DNA of 64,000 nt from a virus: positions 6,389-70,388 of IMG/VR virus record IMGVR_UViG_3300012923_000001; one strand, written 5' to 3'. The position numbers and the translations under genes were made by a program. The stretch's first letter is position 1. The number at the start of each line of letters is the position of its first letter. Of the stretch, positions 10,057 to 21,141 are shown one piece after another. Below the pieces are notes generated by a model that worked only from the letters and a program-made list of their open reading frames with translations, searched no databases and was not told where the DNA came from.

Positions 10057-10506
10057 ATGAAATTCACTTGTAAAGATGGAAGTCTTCGTCTGTGGTTTGG
10101 CAACTATCCGGTTGTCGTTCCACAAGGTACGGAGGTTGAATTTGAAACGGTTACGTCTGTTGATGCGTTAGCCGAGGTGTTGGCTACCAACGTCGCGGCC
10201 TACGCAACACATCGAGACTCGTTAGCCCATGAGGAAGATGGGACTGACGATGGTAAGCCTATCAAGGTTCACGTTTCTTACGGTGCTGGCGGGGCGCGGG
10301 TTGAGCAAAAACCGGAACACGTGGCCGAACTAGCCGAGACTCAGGCCGCGAACGTGGCAGAGGCGGATGCTCAGGCTGAAACAGAGGAGAAGGCTCAAGC
10401 AAAGGCCGAAGAAGACGCTAAGGCACGGCTTGCTGCGAATGAACAAGGTGCCGATGCGGCGCAAGCAACACAACCATCTACTGTCATTGAAAGCAAGGAG
10501 GCGTAA
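10057..10506 (+). CDS. Hypothetical protein with Ala/Glu-rich tail
   Basis: AGGAGAG SD before ATG 10057. Confidence 0.65.
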   Translation: MKFTCKDGSLRLWFGNYPVVVPQGTEVEFETVTSVDALAEVLATNVAAYATHRDSLAHEEDGTDDGKPIKVHVSYGAGGARVEQKPEHVAELAETQAANVAEADAQAETEEKAQAKAEEDAKARLAANEQGADAAQATQPSTVIESKEA

Positions 10507-10509
10507 CCG

Positions 10510-11109
10510 ATGTCACAAGCGATTACACTCCAAGCTGCTTTCGTTATTACAGACAAAAACGGAAACCGATGGTCAGTGCCCAGCGGAACGGTATTGACCG
10601 ATCCTGACGCTATCGCAACCGGCACGTTCAATCTTGCGCTTGATGCCGTTGCGGATCACATGGCCGTAATGTCACGGGCTGCACTTCTGGCAAGTATCAA
10701 CCAATTCAATCGGGAAGTTGTGATTGGCGGGATTGCCTACCAGATTACTTACGGCCCGGATGGGCAGGCCACTTACACAGCCCAGGGAGCGCCGCCGGTA
10801 CTTCTCTCCGCGACTATTGAAAATGCCGCACCGACTATTTTAGTGATGACGTTTGACCAAGACGTTGTCAGTCCAAGCACCGACTACAAGACGGGATTCT
10901 CATGCAAGGTGGCTACGGTAGCGAGAACAATCAGTTCTTCGGCAAGGCAGTCTAACCATGCGATTATCTGGCACACGCTGGCAAGTGCTGTGACGGCAGG
11001 ACAAGCAGTAACCGCTTCTTATAACATTGCCACTGGGGATTTGGAAGATACCGCAGGAGCCGAACTTCAGTCATTTACCGACACGTCGGCAACAAACAAC
11101 ACCGTCTAG
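10510..11109 (+). CDS. Virion protein with SwmB-like Ig domain
   Basis: PVLLSATI...ILVMTFDQ...LASAVTAGQAVTASY...LEDTAG..LQSF...TNNT. Confidence 0.6.
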   Translation: MSQAITLQAAFVITDKNGNRWSVPSGTVLTDPDAIATGTFNLALDAVADHMAVMSRAALLASINQFNREVVIGGIAYQITYGPDGQATYTAQGAPPVLLSATIENAAPTILVMTFDQDVVSPSTDYKTGFSCKVATVARTISSSARQSNHAIIWHTLASAVTAGQAVTASYNIATGDLEDTAGAELQSFTDTSATNNTV

Positions 11110-11123
11110 AGGGGTAATGCAAA

Positions 11124-11870
11124 TTGCCCTGTACTACACTGGCTCAATTAACCACAGAGACCTTGGCTGGGATCGGCTTCCCGGCCAAGGAGCTCTGTGA
11201 AGTCGAAGATGCGGCGCGGGCCGTCACTCACTCACTTGCACTTGCCAAGCAAGTCACAACTTTTTCCTCTCAAAACTTAGACTTCCGTAAGTATGAATGG
11301 AGTCCGTCAAGTAGAGATGAATCTCTCTTAAGCGCTCCTGATATCTCCGTTCCTGCGTGGGTGGAGAGGCAAGTTAGTACGGATGATTTCTGGAAGTTTG
11401 TGCCGACGTGTAATCTTGCGACACTGGAAGAGGCGAGAACGAGGGGAGAGTTTCGATGTGCGTTCTACGTTGAGAACGGACAACTGCGAATTCGGTTCTC
11501 TTATGACCCTCAAGATTTGGCGTATCCAAGCCATAGACTTTTTTATGATCCGAACCCGTGGCTAGCTGAAACATTGAACGACACCGCGCTAGATTCTCAG
11601 GCCACAGGCCTACCTGCCAATTTCTTTCCGATGATTTCCGGCATGGCTGAATTAGAGTTAATTCCAACCATGCGAATCAGAGCGGCAATGAACACCGAGA
11701 ATCCGGCAAGTCAGCAATTAATCGCCGCATGGACGGCGCGGGAGTCCTACTTACAAGGAAAGGTGGCCGCGTGGCGAGATCGGTTCCAGCACTATGCTTA
11801 TGGTTCGCGGGGAGCACGGAGAGGGCGGCGGAGACGTAACGTGTTAAGCAGAGGAGGAGCTAGCTGGTAG
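11124..11870 (+). CDS. Head-tail adaptor-like protein
   Basis: Position; TTLAQL-type N-terminus; Arg-rich C-terminus. Confidence 0.5.
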   Translation: MPCTTLAQLTTETLAGIGFPAKELCEVEDAARAVTHSLALAKQVTTFSSQNLDFRKYEWSPSSRDESLLSAPDISVPAWVERQVSTDDFWKFVPTCNLATLEEARTRGEFRCAFYVENGQLRIRFSYDPQDLAYPSHRLFYDPNPWLAETLNDTALDSQATGLPANFFPMISGMAELELIPTMRIRAAMNTENPASQQLIAAWTARESYLQGKVAAWRDRFQHYAYGSRGARRGRRRRNVLSRGGASW

Positions 11871-12533
11871 ATGGGCGTTGTATTAATTGCCAATGTAAAA
11901 GCGCGAGTGATTAGTGCTTTGTTTGCTAATCGCTTAGCTCCGTTTTCAGGGACAATCCCGACGCCGGCCACGAACTCTCGCTATCAGGATGTCAATGAAT
12001 TCAACGTGGCGATCCTTGAAGTGGACGCAATGATCGTTAATGCGCGAATTAGTAATCCGGGTGATGAGTTCCGTCCGACTTTTATTACCGCTACAGGAAA
12101 CCTCGCCAACGGAGATTTCATTCCGGGCCATATCGGGGCGAACGGCAGCCTTGATATTGACAGCGGATCGGGATTCAAACCCGCACGTTACACGAAGTCA
12201 CGAGCTGAGTTGATTGCAATACGGGCGCATCCCGCGCTTTACCCTGACGCTAAAGAATGGGGATTTATAGAAGACGGACAGGTCTACCATAATGGCAATG
12301 CTGGACGCATCTGGCGCTCGACGTTCACCAAGACTTCTGCTTGCCAAGCGCCGGACGTGGACGAATTGGCCGAAGTAATGGGAACACTAGGTTCAATCCC
12401 GAAGGACGGCGCGACTCAACCTGAGATTTACAGCACGGGAGCATCGTACTTTGCGGCTTATTTGCAATTTCTTCGGGGCGAGCAGGTGGTATTGCCCGTC
12501 GTGGAATCCGTTGAAAGGAGCCTCGCTGCGTGA
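11871..12533 (+). CDS. Head-tail/connector-like protein
   Basis: 220-aa ORF abutting the previous stop codon. Confidence 0.5.
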   Translation: MGVVLIANVKARVISALFANRLAPFSGTIPTPATNSRYQDVNEFNVAILEVDAMIVNARISNPGDEFRPTFITATGNLANGDFIPGHIGANGSLDIDSGSGFKPARYTKSRAELIAIRAHPALYPDAKEWGFIEDGQVYHNGNAGRIWRSTFTKTSACQAPDVDELAEVMGTLGSIPKDGATQPEIYSTGASYFAAYLQFLRGEQVVLPVVESVERSLAA

Positions 12534-13090
12534 GTTCACTTTCAGTCTCAGACGTGTGCGAGATGGTACGCCGTCGCTTTGGCTTACCGGAAGGCGAGGC
12601 TTTGCGCTTTCAGCCATTGGTCAATCCCGGCCTACGTCGGCTAGCTTACGATGTTGCAAAAGACCCGAACTTGCGTAGCTGGCTCCTAACCGATCCGGCC
12701 ACGACAACTGCCGTACTCGATGCGAACGGAGTGGCCGATCTCGCTCCGTTGATCACTTCGCCACGAATACTCTTAGAAGCCCTCAAGTATGGCGATATCT
12801 ACCCTCCTGTTGATCCTAATTACCCTACGCAACCATTTCGGTTGATGGAAAACACTGGACAGGGATTATTGTCCGGCGCTTACGACGCACTAATTCTTAA
12901 AGCATGGGTGAATGGCACGAAACTGCAAACGAAGTCGGCGGATAATAATGCTACGCCGGTGGTAGGGACGATTTCATTCCAGACCCCTTACTGGCCGACA
13001 CTTTTGCAAACGCCGGAACCCTTAATTGAAAAGCTTGTAGATGGCCCTTATTGGATGGAGCCGATGATTGAGAGAGAAAATGCAGCCTAG
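12530..13090 (+). CDS. Head-tail/connector-like protein
   Basis: GTGA overlap and AAAGGAG SD. Confidence 0.5.
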   Translation: MSSLSVSDVCEMVRRRFGLPEGEALRFQPLVNPGLRRLAYDVAKDPNLRSWLLTDPATTTAVLDANGVADLAPLITSPRILLEALKYGDIYPPVDPNYPTQPFRLMENTGQGLLSGAYDALILKAWVNGTKLQTKSADNNATPVVGTISFQTPYWPTLLQTPEPLIEKLVDGPYWMEPMIERENAA

Positions 13091-13742
13091 TGACACCGAG
13101 CGTTGGGAGTTACCCGAACGCCTGCGGATTACTGATCCTGATGTTTTAGCGCAGAGTGAGCAGATGCGCGCCGATCTATCCAAACGCGTACAATCGCCGT
13201 TTGCCCATCTAAGTCAAGATGAAACTGAGCGTCATAATGCAGGGATAATGGCTACGCATTTAGAAGGCGAGCGCCAGCACCTACAGGAGCAAATCAACGA
13301 AGTGTTCAACGGGCAATTGCCTGGTGAACTTTATGAATTCACTGCAGCGCATCATGCGACCAGTTCACGACTTGCAGAAACTTACGCCACTCTCGGACGA
13401 TACGATCTTGCCGCCGAAACAACACCCGATGAAGCACGGCGCGCAGAATACATTGAGATTCTTGAAGCGATTAATCGGCCTGATGATGAATGGAATTGTC
13501 AGTGCGCTCCGGGGAAGGATTTTATCAAACGGGACATCGTTACGCCTGACGGGCAACGTAAAGTATTACGATCTTGTTCTGGCTGTGGTGAGTTGAATAT
13601 TGTACCCATACCAAAACACTTGGCCCAGCAACGCGCTCACAGAACAAACGCAAGACAGATGACAATCGGGATGAGCAAAGAAGACGCTACGGCACATTTG
13701 CGATCCATCGGCCACACGACTCAACGGTTACTTAAACGATAA
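13080..13742 (+). CDS. Hypothetical protein, TPR-like helix plus zinc ribbon
   Basis: RLAETYATLGRYDLA; CQC...CSGC. Confidence 0.6.
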   Translation: MQPSDTERWELPERLRITDPDVLAQSEQMRADLSKRVQSPFAHLSQDETERHNAGIMATHLEGERQHLQEQINEVFNGQLPGELYEFTAAHHATSSRLAETYATLGRYDLAAETTPDEARRAEYIEILEAINRPDDEWNCQCAPGKDFIKRDIVTPDGQRKVLRSCSGCGELNIVPIPKHLAQQRAHRTNARQMTIGMSKEDATAHLRSIGHTTQRLLKR

Positions 13743-15827
13743 ATGCAACGTATTCCCATCTCTGATCATAACTTCAATGGGGCATTTCATGTTCCCACGA
13801 ACATTTACAATGCCCCAGCGGGAACGCACGCCGATGGTAGTCGGAACCAAATTTACGATGGGCTGGGTTTTACCCCGTGGCTAGGACTGACTTCGTTAGG
13901 GGCAAATACCGGCGCTCGTTTGATGCGGCAAGTTGGCGGATCATGGGGTGGGTTAAAAGATTACGTTGTAGGAATGACTACGATTCAGGGTAAGGGTAGT
14001 TTCTTTGAAGACGTGGGGCGCTCACGTTGGTTCATAGGTTCCGGTCAAGCCTCATACGAGGGCACGAACATGACCGGAATTACCGCCTCAACCTTGCTTC
14101 AGGTCGCAATAGCAGTCAATGGGGTCTACGATGCGGCGCATACGTTTACCGCAGGCTTGCCCCAACCCTCAGCCCCAGACATAGGAATACCAGCGAGCAT
14201 TGGCCTTGGATACACCGGAGAGATTAACGGGCCAGTCTCAGTCCAAATTGGCAGAGAACGCCTGTCTACGGGCGCACGGTCGCGCGCATCGACTACCTCA
14301 GCAGTTATCAGTCCTGCAAATCAGACTATTCGTATCACTTTCCCTTTGGCTTCAACGGGTCAGGATAACTGGCGCGTCTTTGCGACTCAATCGGGGTTTG
14401 GGGGGGTAGGGTTGTCCTATGCTCTTGCCTATCTTGGTTCACTCGATATCCCTGAATCGGTAGTTGCGGCGGGAACTGTGGACGGAATCGCTCGGACATT
14501 GGAATTCGACTATAAGGACGGCGATCTTATCCCTGAGTTAGCCTACATTGACGACTACGTTCCACCAGCAGGAACTCACGCCGTTCGACTCCAAAACGTA
14601 ATGTGCGTTTTAGGATGTTACGGTGACTCAACCGCAGCAGTATCAAGTACAAATCCCGGCACAGTTGGGGCGATTTCACTGCCAAACTTCTACGAGTCAT
14701 ATAAACCTCGACATCTTAATTTCTTCCCTGAGCAGATTATTGATGTGATGGCCCGGCCTACTGATGAATATGCTTATGTTGGGCATCAGGACTGTGTGAC
14801 GGCCATGCAGTACGTTGGGGTGAGAGATGGCCCAGCAACGGCCGTGACGATGGTTTGGCCGGACGTGGGAATCAAGCATCCGTGTAATTGGACTCAGGTT
14901 CATGGGCTTCTGTATGTGATGTCCGCGACAGGCGGGCCGGTGAGGATGAGACCGGACGGATCGGTGGATTATGATTTTGCGATCCCGGTTAGCAAGTTCA
15001 TGTCTAACTGGACACAGGACGACACCGCTGTAGGTTGGCAACCAAACAGTTTGAGCGTTGTTTATTTCAACAAGACTCTTGGTATTGGTCTTTCATTCTC
15101 ACTTGCAGGCGAAGGTTGGTCAGACCCATGTTACTTTGGCGATATCTCCGTTTCAGGTGGAGTGCTGTCCTGCACAAACACGGTAGGGCGACTAATCGTT
15201 ACCATAGACAATGGAAGTACCCACGTTGCTTATGCGTGGAATGAAGGGGCTACGTCAATGCCGGTCTCCACCTTTACCAACTGGAAGCGAACAACGCGGG
15301 CTGCGACATTAAACGAACTTGACGTAGGGTTTGAGACGGATAGTATTGCCAACCCTCTAATTCTTTCACTTCATCGCAATACACGGAAGAAATATGTGCG
15401 GGACGCGACGACAACCAACGCCTCTAACGTTATCGGATCAGCGACCGCAAAGTTTGACACAAATCATACCGGAGATATGGCACTCATCTTTGGGGCAGGA
15501 ATTGGCGGGGCGGCAAATTACCTGATTGGTCGAATAACTTATGTTTCAGCCACTTCATTTACATTGTCCGATCCGGTTACGGGTACGGCCTTAAACGCTC
15601 AAGCATCGCGATCTGGATGTTTCATGGTGTTGGCTTCTCAAATCTTTACCTACACAACCACTCGAACAGGTGAGCAGGAAACCGGGCCACTAACCGAGCC
15701 TCAAGTTGATGAGGCAATTTCTCATTGCTTAGGATTTCATTTACTGACCAATGCGACGATGGGACAGATATTCGCCGCGAACGCTTTAGGGACTATGGCG
15801 CAAACAGCAACGGCGCTAACGACGTAA
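13743..15827 (+). CDS. Tail nozzle / DNA stabilization protein (P22 gp10-like)
   Basis: 694 aa, beta-rich and propeller-like, after the adaptors. Confidence 0.55.
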   Translation: MQRIPISDHNFNGAFHVPTNIYNAPAGTHADGSRNQIYDGLGFTPWLGLTSLGANTGARLMRQVGGSWGGLKDYVVGMTTIQGKGSFFEDVGRSRWFIGSGQASYEGTNMTGITASTLLQVAIAVNGVYDAAHTFTAGLPQPSAPDIGIPASIGLGYTGEINGPVSVQIGRERLSTGARSRASTTSAVISPANQTIRITFPLASTGQDNWRVFATQSGFGGVGLSYALAYLGSLDIPESVVAAGTVDGIARTLEFDYKDGDLIPELAYIDDYVPPAGTHAVRLQNVMCVLGCYGDSTAAVSSTNPGTVGAISLPNFYESYKPRHLNFFPEQIIDVMARPTDEYAYVGHQDCVTAMQYVGVRDGPATAVTMVWPDVGIKHPCNWTQVHGLLYVMSATGGPVRMRPDGSVDYDFAIPVSKFMSNWTQDDTAVGWQPNSLSVVYFNKTLGIGLSFSLAGEGWSDPCYFGDISVSGGVLSCTNTVGRLIVTIDNGSTHVAYAWNEGATSMPVSTFTNWKRTTRAATLNELDVGFETDSIANPLILSLHRNTRKKYVRDATTTNASNVIGSATAKFDTNHTGDMALIFGAGIGGAANYLIGRITYVSATSFTLSDPVTGTALNAQASRSGCFMVLASQIFTYTTTRTGEQETGPLTEPQVDEAISHCLGFHLLTNATMGQIFAANALGTMAQTATALTT

Positions 15828-17404
15828 TGGACGATCAAGAGCGATTAAGAGCAGACGTTAGGCGGCTTCAGCTTGAGCTGAACGATCTTGGTGGAAGACT
15901 GTCTACCGATCAAGCTCCTACTATTAGCTCGCCATTAACAAGTTTTCATCCTATTCCTGTGGTTGCGGCACCATCGGCTGTGAATCAAGTTCGCAATGGC
16001 GAGGCGAGCCACTCAAATAATACATGGTACGAAACCGTTGCCGCGCCCACAGCAGATAAGGGAAAAGAGTGTGCCATATGGTTTTCCAATGACGCACCAG
16101 TAGCGGGACAGGTCTTAGACTTCACGACCGGGATTACAAACTCAACCAATAAAACCCTCAAGGCGTTTATAAACGACGGCGGGGTTCACTCTACTTATAG
16201 TGCGAGTTATTGTGATTGGGATCGCAGTAAGGGAGTCATTAGGCTTACCGGAACAAAGTCACTTGATCAACCTCTAGGCAACAATCGAATCGTATCTCCT
16301 AACCGAGCAGTGCAATACATAGGGATGCTCATTGCGCTACGAAATACAACAATCATTATTCCCTCCGATCTTCATATTTACGCTGGCATCTGGGACAACA
16401 CGAACTCTGCTCCTCGGCCTGATTGGATTAGAGGGACGGCATTCGCTCTTACGGGATCAGTACGGGGAACTCCCGCGACTACTACTGAACGTCGATATAA
16501 AGTATTAGCCTTTACGGATCGAGGGTTTACTTATCTCTCAACAGAAGTGACTTTAGTTAGCGCTCCTTCAGATGCTGGATTCTCTACGTCTGACGTTGAG
16601 TTGACGTGGAAAGTCGTACCGGGGATTCTCAGGTATTCGGTCTATCGCCATGACATCACGGCAGCAAAGTATCGGCTTTTGCGAACAGATGTTATTGGCG
16701 GGACGTATGTTGATAACGGAGCCTTGGTTGATGACGATGTGGGTAGCTATCCGTCGGCCACCGATACGTTACTAAAATCCTATACCGCAACCCGAACTGC
16801 CGCACCTCCGCTCTCAGGCGATCTTGATAATCTTCCCGTGGACGGCCAACCATGGGCGGCGTTATTTCTCAATCCCGCCACTCCTTCGGATTATGATCAA
16901 AGCACAACCACAGCCGAACAAGTATTACGGATCGGTATGACTAAAGCTTTGGATCGAAAGATGGTTGATGCGACCTCCACGGCAGGGAGTAAGACAGTAG
17001 GATCGGTTTCCGGGGCGTTTACCGCATCAGACACAGGACGCACGGCAACCTTGTACGCTGCTGATGGCACGACTATATTACATGGCCCGGAAGCTCTCAC
17101 TTTCAACGACGCAACCCATATCGATTTTGCTACTAACGTAGCGACTAATCAGTCCAATGTGGTTCTTTATATTGCCGAAGGGGGCGATCATGGACTACTT
17201 GTTGACGCAATCCACATGTCCTATGTATCCGGGGCCGCGTTTGCTCCAAGCTCCGAAGACGACCGACTAACAAAAGGGGGGCAGAATCCGGTCTCTGCCC
17301 CAAGCAGTTCTAGTCAGGGCGGGGCTGGCGGAGGCGGGGGAAGTGAAGGCGGAGGCGGAGGCATTGTACGTGATGACGGCCCTAGAAGGATTCTCACTGC
17401 ATAG
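15827..17404 (+). CDS. Tail structural protein
   Basis: TAATG overlap gives the start MDDQERL; N-terminal coiled coil, beta-rich body, Gly-rich end. Confidence 0.6.
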   Translation: MDDQERLRADVRRLQLELNDLGGRLSTDQAPTISSPLTSFHPIPVVAAPSAVNQVRNGEASHSNNTWYETVAAPTADKGKECAIWFSNDAPVAGQVLDFTTGITNSTNKTLKAFINDGGVHSTYSASYCDWDRSKGVIRLTGTKSLDQPLGNNRIVSPNRAVQYIGMLIALRNTTIIIPSDLHIYAGIWDNTNSAPRPDWIRGTAFALTGSVRGTPATTTERRYKVLAFTDRGFTYLSTEVTLVSAPSDAGFSTSDVELTWKVVPGILRYSVYRHDITAAKYRLLRTDVIGGTYVDNGALVDDDVGSYPSATDTLLKSYTATRTAAPPLSGDLDNLPVDGQPWAALFLNPATPSDYDQSTTTAEQVLRIGMTKALDRKMVDATSTAGSKTVGSVSGAFTASDTGRTATLYAADGTTILHGPEALTFNDATHIDFATNVATNQSNVVLYIAEGGDHGLLVDAIHMSYVSGAAFAPSSEDDRLTKGGQNPVSAPSSSSQGGAGGGGGSEGGGGGIVRDDGPRRILTA

Positions 17405-17433
17405 ACTGAGTTCGGTGTTATAGTGAGGCAAGC

Positions 17434-17949
17434 ATGAGTCATAAACAGAAAATCGACCCCGCGCAGCAACAGCTTCAATCACTGCAAGCTGTTCGCGCGC
17501 CATCGGTAGGTGAGGCAGCGTTGACCAGTGATGCTACCAGTCTGATGGATGCTATCCACTCCGGGGATTATACGACCAGACCTAAAAACGTCTTTTTCAA
17601 TTTCAGCGACCCGGCCCAACGAAATGAACAGCGCCGTATGCAACTTAATGCGGGCGCTCAAGGCGTTTCGGCTCTCGGCGCTCCTGACGTAAATCTTCTG
17701 GCAATGAATAATCAGAATCTCAATGATGAATGGGCCAGAGACACAGCTGGACAATATGAACAAGATTGGTCTAATGCGGGAGTAAGAGCGGCGGGAGAAT
17801 TGGGAGACGTTGCAGGGTTGTCAAATGCTCGTAATCTTGGCGCGTTAAGTTCTACCACGTCGATGTATAACAATCGACCGGCCCCCTGGTGGAAAACAAT
17901 TTTAGATGCTAGTGCTCGCGGAGCAAGCACGGCGGCCATGGCAGCATAG
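17434..17949 (+). CDS. Putative DNA-ejection/pilot protein
   Basis: Ala/Gln/Asn/Gly-rich, ending PWWKTIL...AAMAA; upstream TGTTATAGT extended -10. Confidence 0.45.
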   Translation: MSHKQKIDPAQQQLQSLQAVRAPSVGEAALTSDATSLMDAIHSGDYTTRPKNVFFNFSDPAQRNEQRRMQLNAGAQGVSALGAPDVNLLAMNNQNLNDEWARDTAGQYEQDWSNAGVRAAGELGDVAGLSNARNLGALSSTTSMYNNRPAPWWKTILDASARGASTAAMAA

Positions 17950-17958
17950 GAGGGAACC

Positions 17959-18324
17959 ATGAAACGACTACTTCCTTTTATTTTTTCAATTGCGGCATTT
18001 GCAATGGCGATCTCGGTTTTCGCCGCAGAGTACACCGTCAATGTATCGGTTACAGGAGGAAGCCCGCAAAGGCTTTCTACTCTACTAAACAATGCGGGAT
18101 ATTCAGGCACGATGACACTAGATAGTTTAACTACGTGCAACCCCGACACAAACACCGTGGACTTATATCGAGGCCAAGCAAATGTGAATTCCACTAATTC
18201 TCTCGTATTACATCCCGGTGATTGCTTTACCGATCCGCCGGGTGCTTATGCGGTTGATGCAAGTCAAATCTACCTACGAACATCTTCTACTCAGCCTGCT
18301 ACGGTAATTCTGAGGTCGAGATAA
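17959..18324 (+). CDS. Signal-peptide protein in the tail module
   Basis: MKRLLPFIFSIAAFAMAISVFA|AE; GGAGG SD. Confidence 0.7.
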   Translation: MKRLLPFIFSIAAFAMAISVFAAEYTVNVSVTGGSPQRLSTLLNNAGYSGTMTLDSLTTCNPDTNTVDLYRGQANVNSTNSLVLHPGDCFTDPPGAYAVDASQIYLRTSSTQPATVILRSR

Positions 18325-20915
18325 TGATCCGAAAACTTATCTTGTCTGCTCTTCTGGTTCTCGTTTGCGCGGTCGGGGCGTTCGCTACAAATATTACCGT
18401 GGGGGGCTACCAGATTAACAGCTGGCAACGTCCGGGCACGACTGCGCAGATAAGGATCTGGTACAGCCAGAACTTTGTCGATTCGCTGGGTCAACCGGTT
18501 TTAGGTGGGGCGGTTTTATCCTCAAGTGTTTACAAGATCGTGAACTGCACGGTCAGCGGAAACACAGTTACGGTGCCATCGTTTGTGTTGGTGAGCACTA
18601 ATGATAGCTCGGTGCCCAATGCTCGCGCGACGGGCTTGATCTTTGATTCATCCGGGGCACGAATTGCCTACCTGTTTACTAATTGGATTATCCCTTATCA
18701 ACTCGGAGCGAATCCAACTTTCGCACAGCTTAATACCTATAACGCGGCGAGTCCGATTCAGCCTGCACCTGCTTACCCCACGACGGATCAAGTTTTAGTT
18801 TTGATTAATGCGGCAGTAGGAACATTGAGCGATGCTTCAATTACCGTAAAAGGCCGCACAAAACTCTCCGTTGCTCCCGTCTCGCCAAGCAATCCAATAG
18901 CAGTAGGAGACAACGATTCCCGTGTCACCGCAGACCAAGCAGCAAACGTAGCGTCAATCCGAAAGATAGGTACAGGGCCATTAGACGCAGCGGCGGGTAA
19001 CGATTCGCGGATTGGAAAGATCGGCGGTGTTTCTGTTTCTGGCACTCCTTCAGTTGGTCAGGCACCAATCGCAACCGGCAGCACGACGGCAACATGGCAA
19101 ACAGTCGGAGGTGGCGGCATACCATGTCCGGCGGGCTCTGTTGACATTACGGCCCCTCCCTACAACGCCGATAACACCGGAGTCACGGACGCCAGTTCTC
19201 CATTTCAGGACGCCCTAAACGCAGGTGTGAAGAACGTCTGTTTTCCAGCGCGCACTCAAGGAACCGAAGGAGTCTATCTTTTTGATCCGGCGGCGCGAGG
19301 GCATGGCGGCGCGTTTGATATGACGACGGCCCAAGGCGATGACGTGAATATTTTTGCCTCCGGGCCGGTGCGTCTAAAACTTCCTGCGAATGTTACGTTA
19401 GCTAACAACATCAATTTCATTGCACTAGTAAATGGAAAGAGCCAATCCGTTCACGGATTTAACTTCGATGGCAACACGAGCGTTTCAGGAGGAGCGTTCA
19501 GCGTCAGCGGAGTGGCGATAGGTACGAAGTCGTACAACAGCAGAGTCTACGACAATAGGTTCTTCCACTTCATTGGCCTCAACACCGCTGGGTCTGGGTT
19601 GGTCACAACCTACAATGGCGGCGATTCAGCAACCAACATTAGTACCACGCTAGGTACCATTGTCACCGCTGGGAGTCGAACAGTAACTCCCGCCTCTATG
19701 GACGGAATCTATATCGGAAGGCAACTAACAATAGATGGCGGCACCGGAAGCTCGGAACTGATCTTTGTTACCGACATAACGCGTGCAACCTTCACCGCAC
19801 CATTCGCCAATTCACACCCCGGTACGGCCACGGTGACGGCTCGCGCAGCTTACTGGCAGGAAGCGACCATTGAAAATAACTATTTCTATGACAACTACGG
19901 AGCCACGGCTTTAGTTATCAACTCCAGAGGAAACCGCATTCTTAATAACACTGTCGTTAAGATTGGGCTGAACGGCAATCAACATGGAATTTACGTTCAA
20001 GGCGGCGACAACCTGATTCAAGGAAACTGGCTTGAAGGTGTTTACGGATATACGTTTCACCAGTACTCAACCGGGGATGGGGCTACCGACATGAGCGGTA
20101 ACAAGTACATCGGGAACTGGTCAATCGATCCTACGTCTCAGCACATGATCGTTGAGACGGCCCAAACTAACGCCGGAGGCAACCCTTTATTTCCAGTAAA
20201 TTCCTCTTTGGATCGTTACGTCACGGTGACAGGTAATCATTTTATTAAGCGCAGTGGAAATTTTTCCACCACGGGAACCGCCGGAGTCGAACTCCGCGTT
20301 CCAGCAATTGTCACGGACAATGTGTTTTTTGACACGACTACCAACAACGCGGGTACTGGAAGCCCTGCCTACGAATACCTCACCGTCTTTTCATACTCCA
20401 CCGTCACTGGGAATATCTTTGGGAGCGTCGCGGATCTAACCAACAACATCGCAGCCGAGATTATAAATGGCCGCGACCCTGCTGGAGGAACGTGCGAAAA
20501 AGCCTGCAACGTCACCGTCACCGGAAATACCTTCAACCATCTGAATGCCAGTGTACTTATCTTCTTAGGGTTGAACGCTTCTATAACAAACAACACCGTC
20601 AACGATATTCCCAACGACCCAGCATCGTTGCCAACCTTTGCATTTGGAGCCAACTCCGTAGTTACTGGAAATGTCGGTAGGAATATGGGCAAGCGGTTTT
20701 TCGTGGCCGCCAACAATTACAATATTGCCGGGACGTACATTTTTGCCAATCCTACAGACGGCCCGGATGGAATAAACAATCTGCTAACAAATTCTATAAA
20801 CTTTACGACAGCCGGAACGGGGACAATTGTAAAATCTCCCGACGGACTGACGTGTAAGAAGATTGGAATTGATAATGCTGGCGCTTTGCTGTTAAGCGCA
20901 GCAATCTGTCCATAG
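18324..20915 (+). CDS. Tailspike/fibre with right-handed beta-helix and N-terminal signal peptide
   Basis: MIRKLILSALLVLVCAVGAFA; fibre repeat DASITVKGRTKLS; pectate-lyase-3-like start YNADNTGVTDASSPFQDALNAG; Asn-ladder repeats. Confidence 0.8.
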   Translation: MIRKLILSALLVLVCAVGAFATNITVGGYQINSWQRPGTTAQIRIWYSQNFVDSLGQPVLGGAVLSSSVYKIVNCTVSGNTVTVPSFVLVSTNDSSVPNARATGLIFDSSGARIAYLFTNWIIPYQLGANPTFAQLNTYNAASPIQPAPAYPTTDQVLVLINAAVGTLSDASITVKGRTKLSVAPVSPSNPIAVGDNDSRVTADQAANVASIRKIGTGPLDAAAGNDSRIGKIGGVSVSGTPSVGQAPIATGSTTATWQTVGGGGIPCPAGSVDITAPPYNADNTGVTDASSPFQDALNAGVKNVCFPARTQGTEGVYLFDPAARGHGGAFDMTTAQGDDVNIFASGPVRLKLPANVTLANNINFIALVNGKSQSVHGFNFDGNTSVSGGAFSVSGVAIGTKSYNSRVYDNRFFHFIGLNTAGSGLVTTYNGGDSATNISTTLGTIVTAGSRTVTPASMDGIYIGRQLTIDGGTGSSELIFVTDITRATFTAPFANSHPGTATVTARAAYWQEATIENNYFYDNYGATALVINSRGNRILNNTVVKIGLNGNQHGIYVQGGDNLIQGNWLEGVYGYTFHQYSTGDGATDMSGNKYIGNWSIDPTSQHMIVETAQTNAGGNPLFPVNSSLDRYVTVTGNHFIKRSGNFSTTGTAGVELRVPAIVTDNVFFDTTTNNAGTGSPAYEYLTVFSYSTVTGNIFGSVADLTNNIAAEIINGRDPAGGTCEKACNVTVTGNTFNHLNASVLIFLGLNASITNNTVNDIPNDPASLPTFAFGANSVVTGNVGRNMGKRFFVAANNYNIAGTYIFANPTDGPDGINNLLTNSINFTTAGTGTIVKSPDGLTCKKIGIDNAGALLLSAAICP

Positions 20916-20944
20916 GGAGAGTGAGGTAATAGGGAGAAATTAAA

Positions 20945-21130
20945 ATGAAACGTAGACTTATATTCGTAACGGTGTTGATGGTGCTAGCGGGCTTGCTTAT
21001 AGGAGCCAAACGAGATTGCATTACCGTGCTGAGCAATCAAGAAGTGGTCGGCAACTGTATCGTCTCGACTTACCAAACTTGCTGTCCTGATACGAAGTGT
21101 TTTCAATGGACACAGACTGATTGCTACTGA
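20945..21130 (+). CDS. Secreted-type six-cysteine microprotein
   Basis: Basic then hydrophobic N-terminus; 6 Cys in about 40 residues; GGGAG SD. Confidence 0.6.
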   Translation: MKRRLIFVTVLMVLAGLLIGAKRDCITVLSNQEVVGNCIVSTYQTCCPDTKCFQWTQTDCY

Positions 21131-21141
21131 GGGGCGAATCA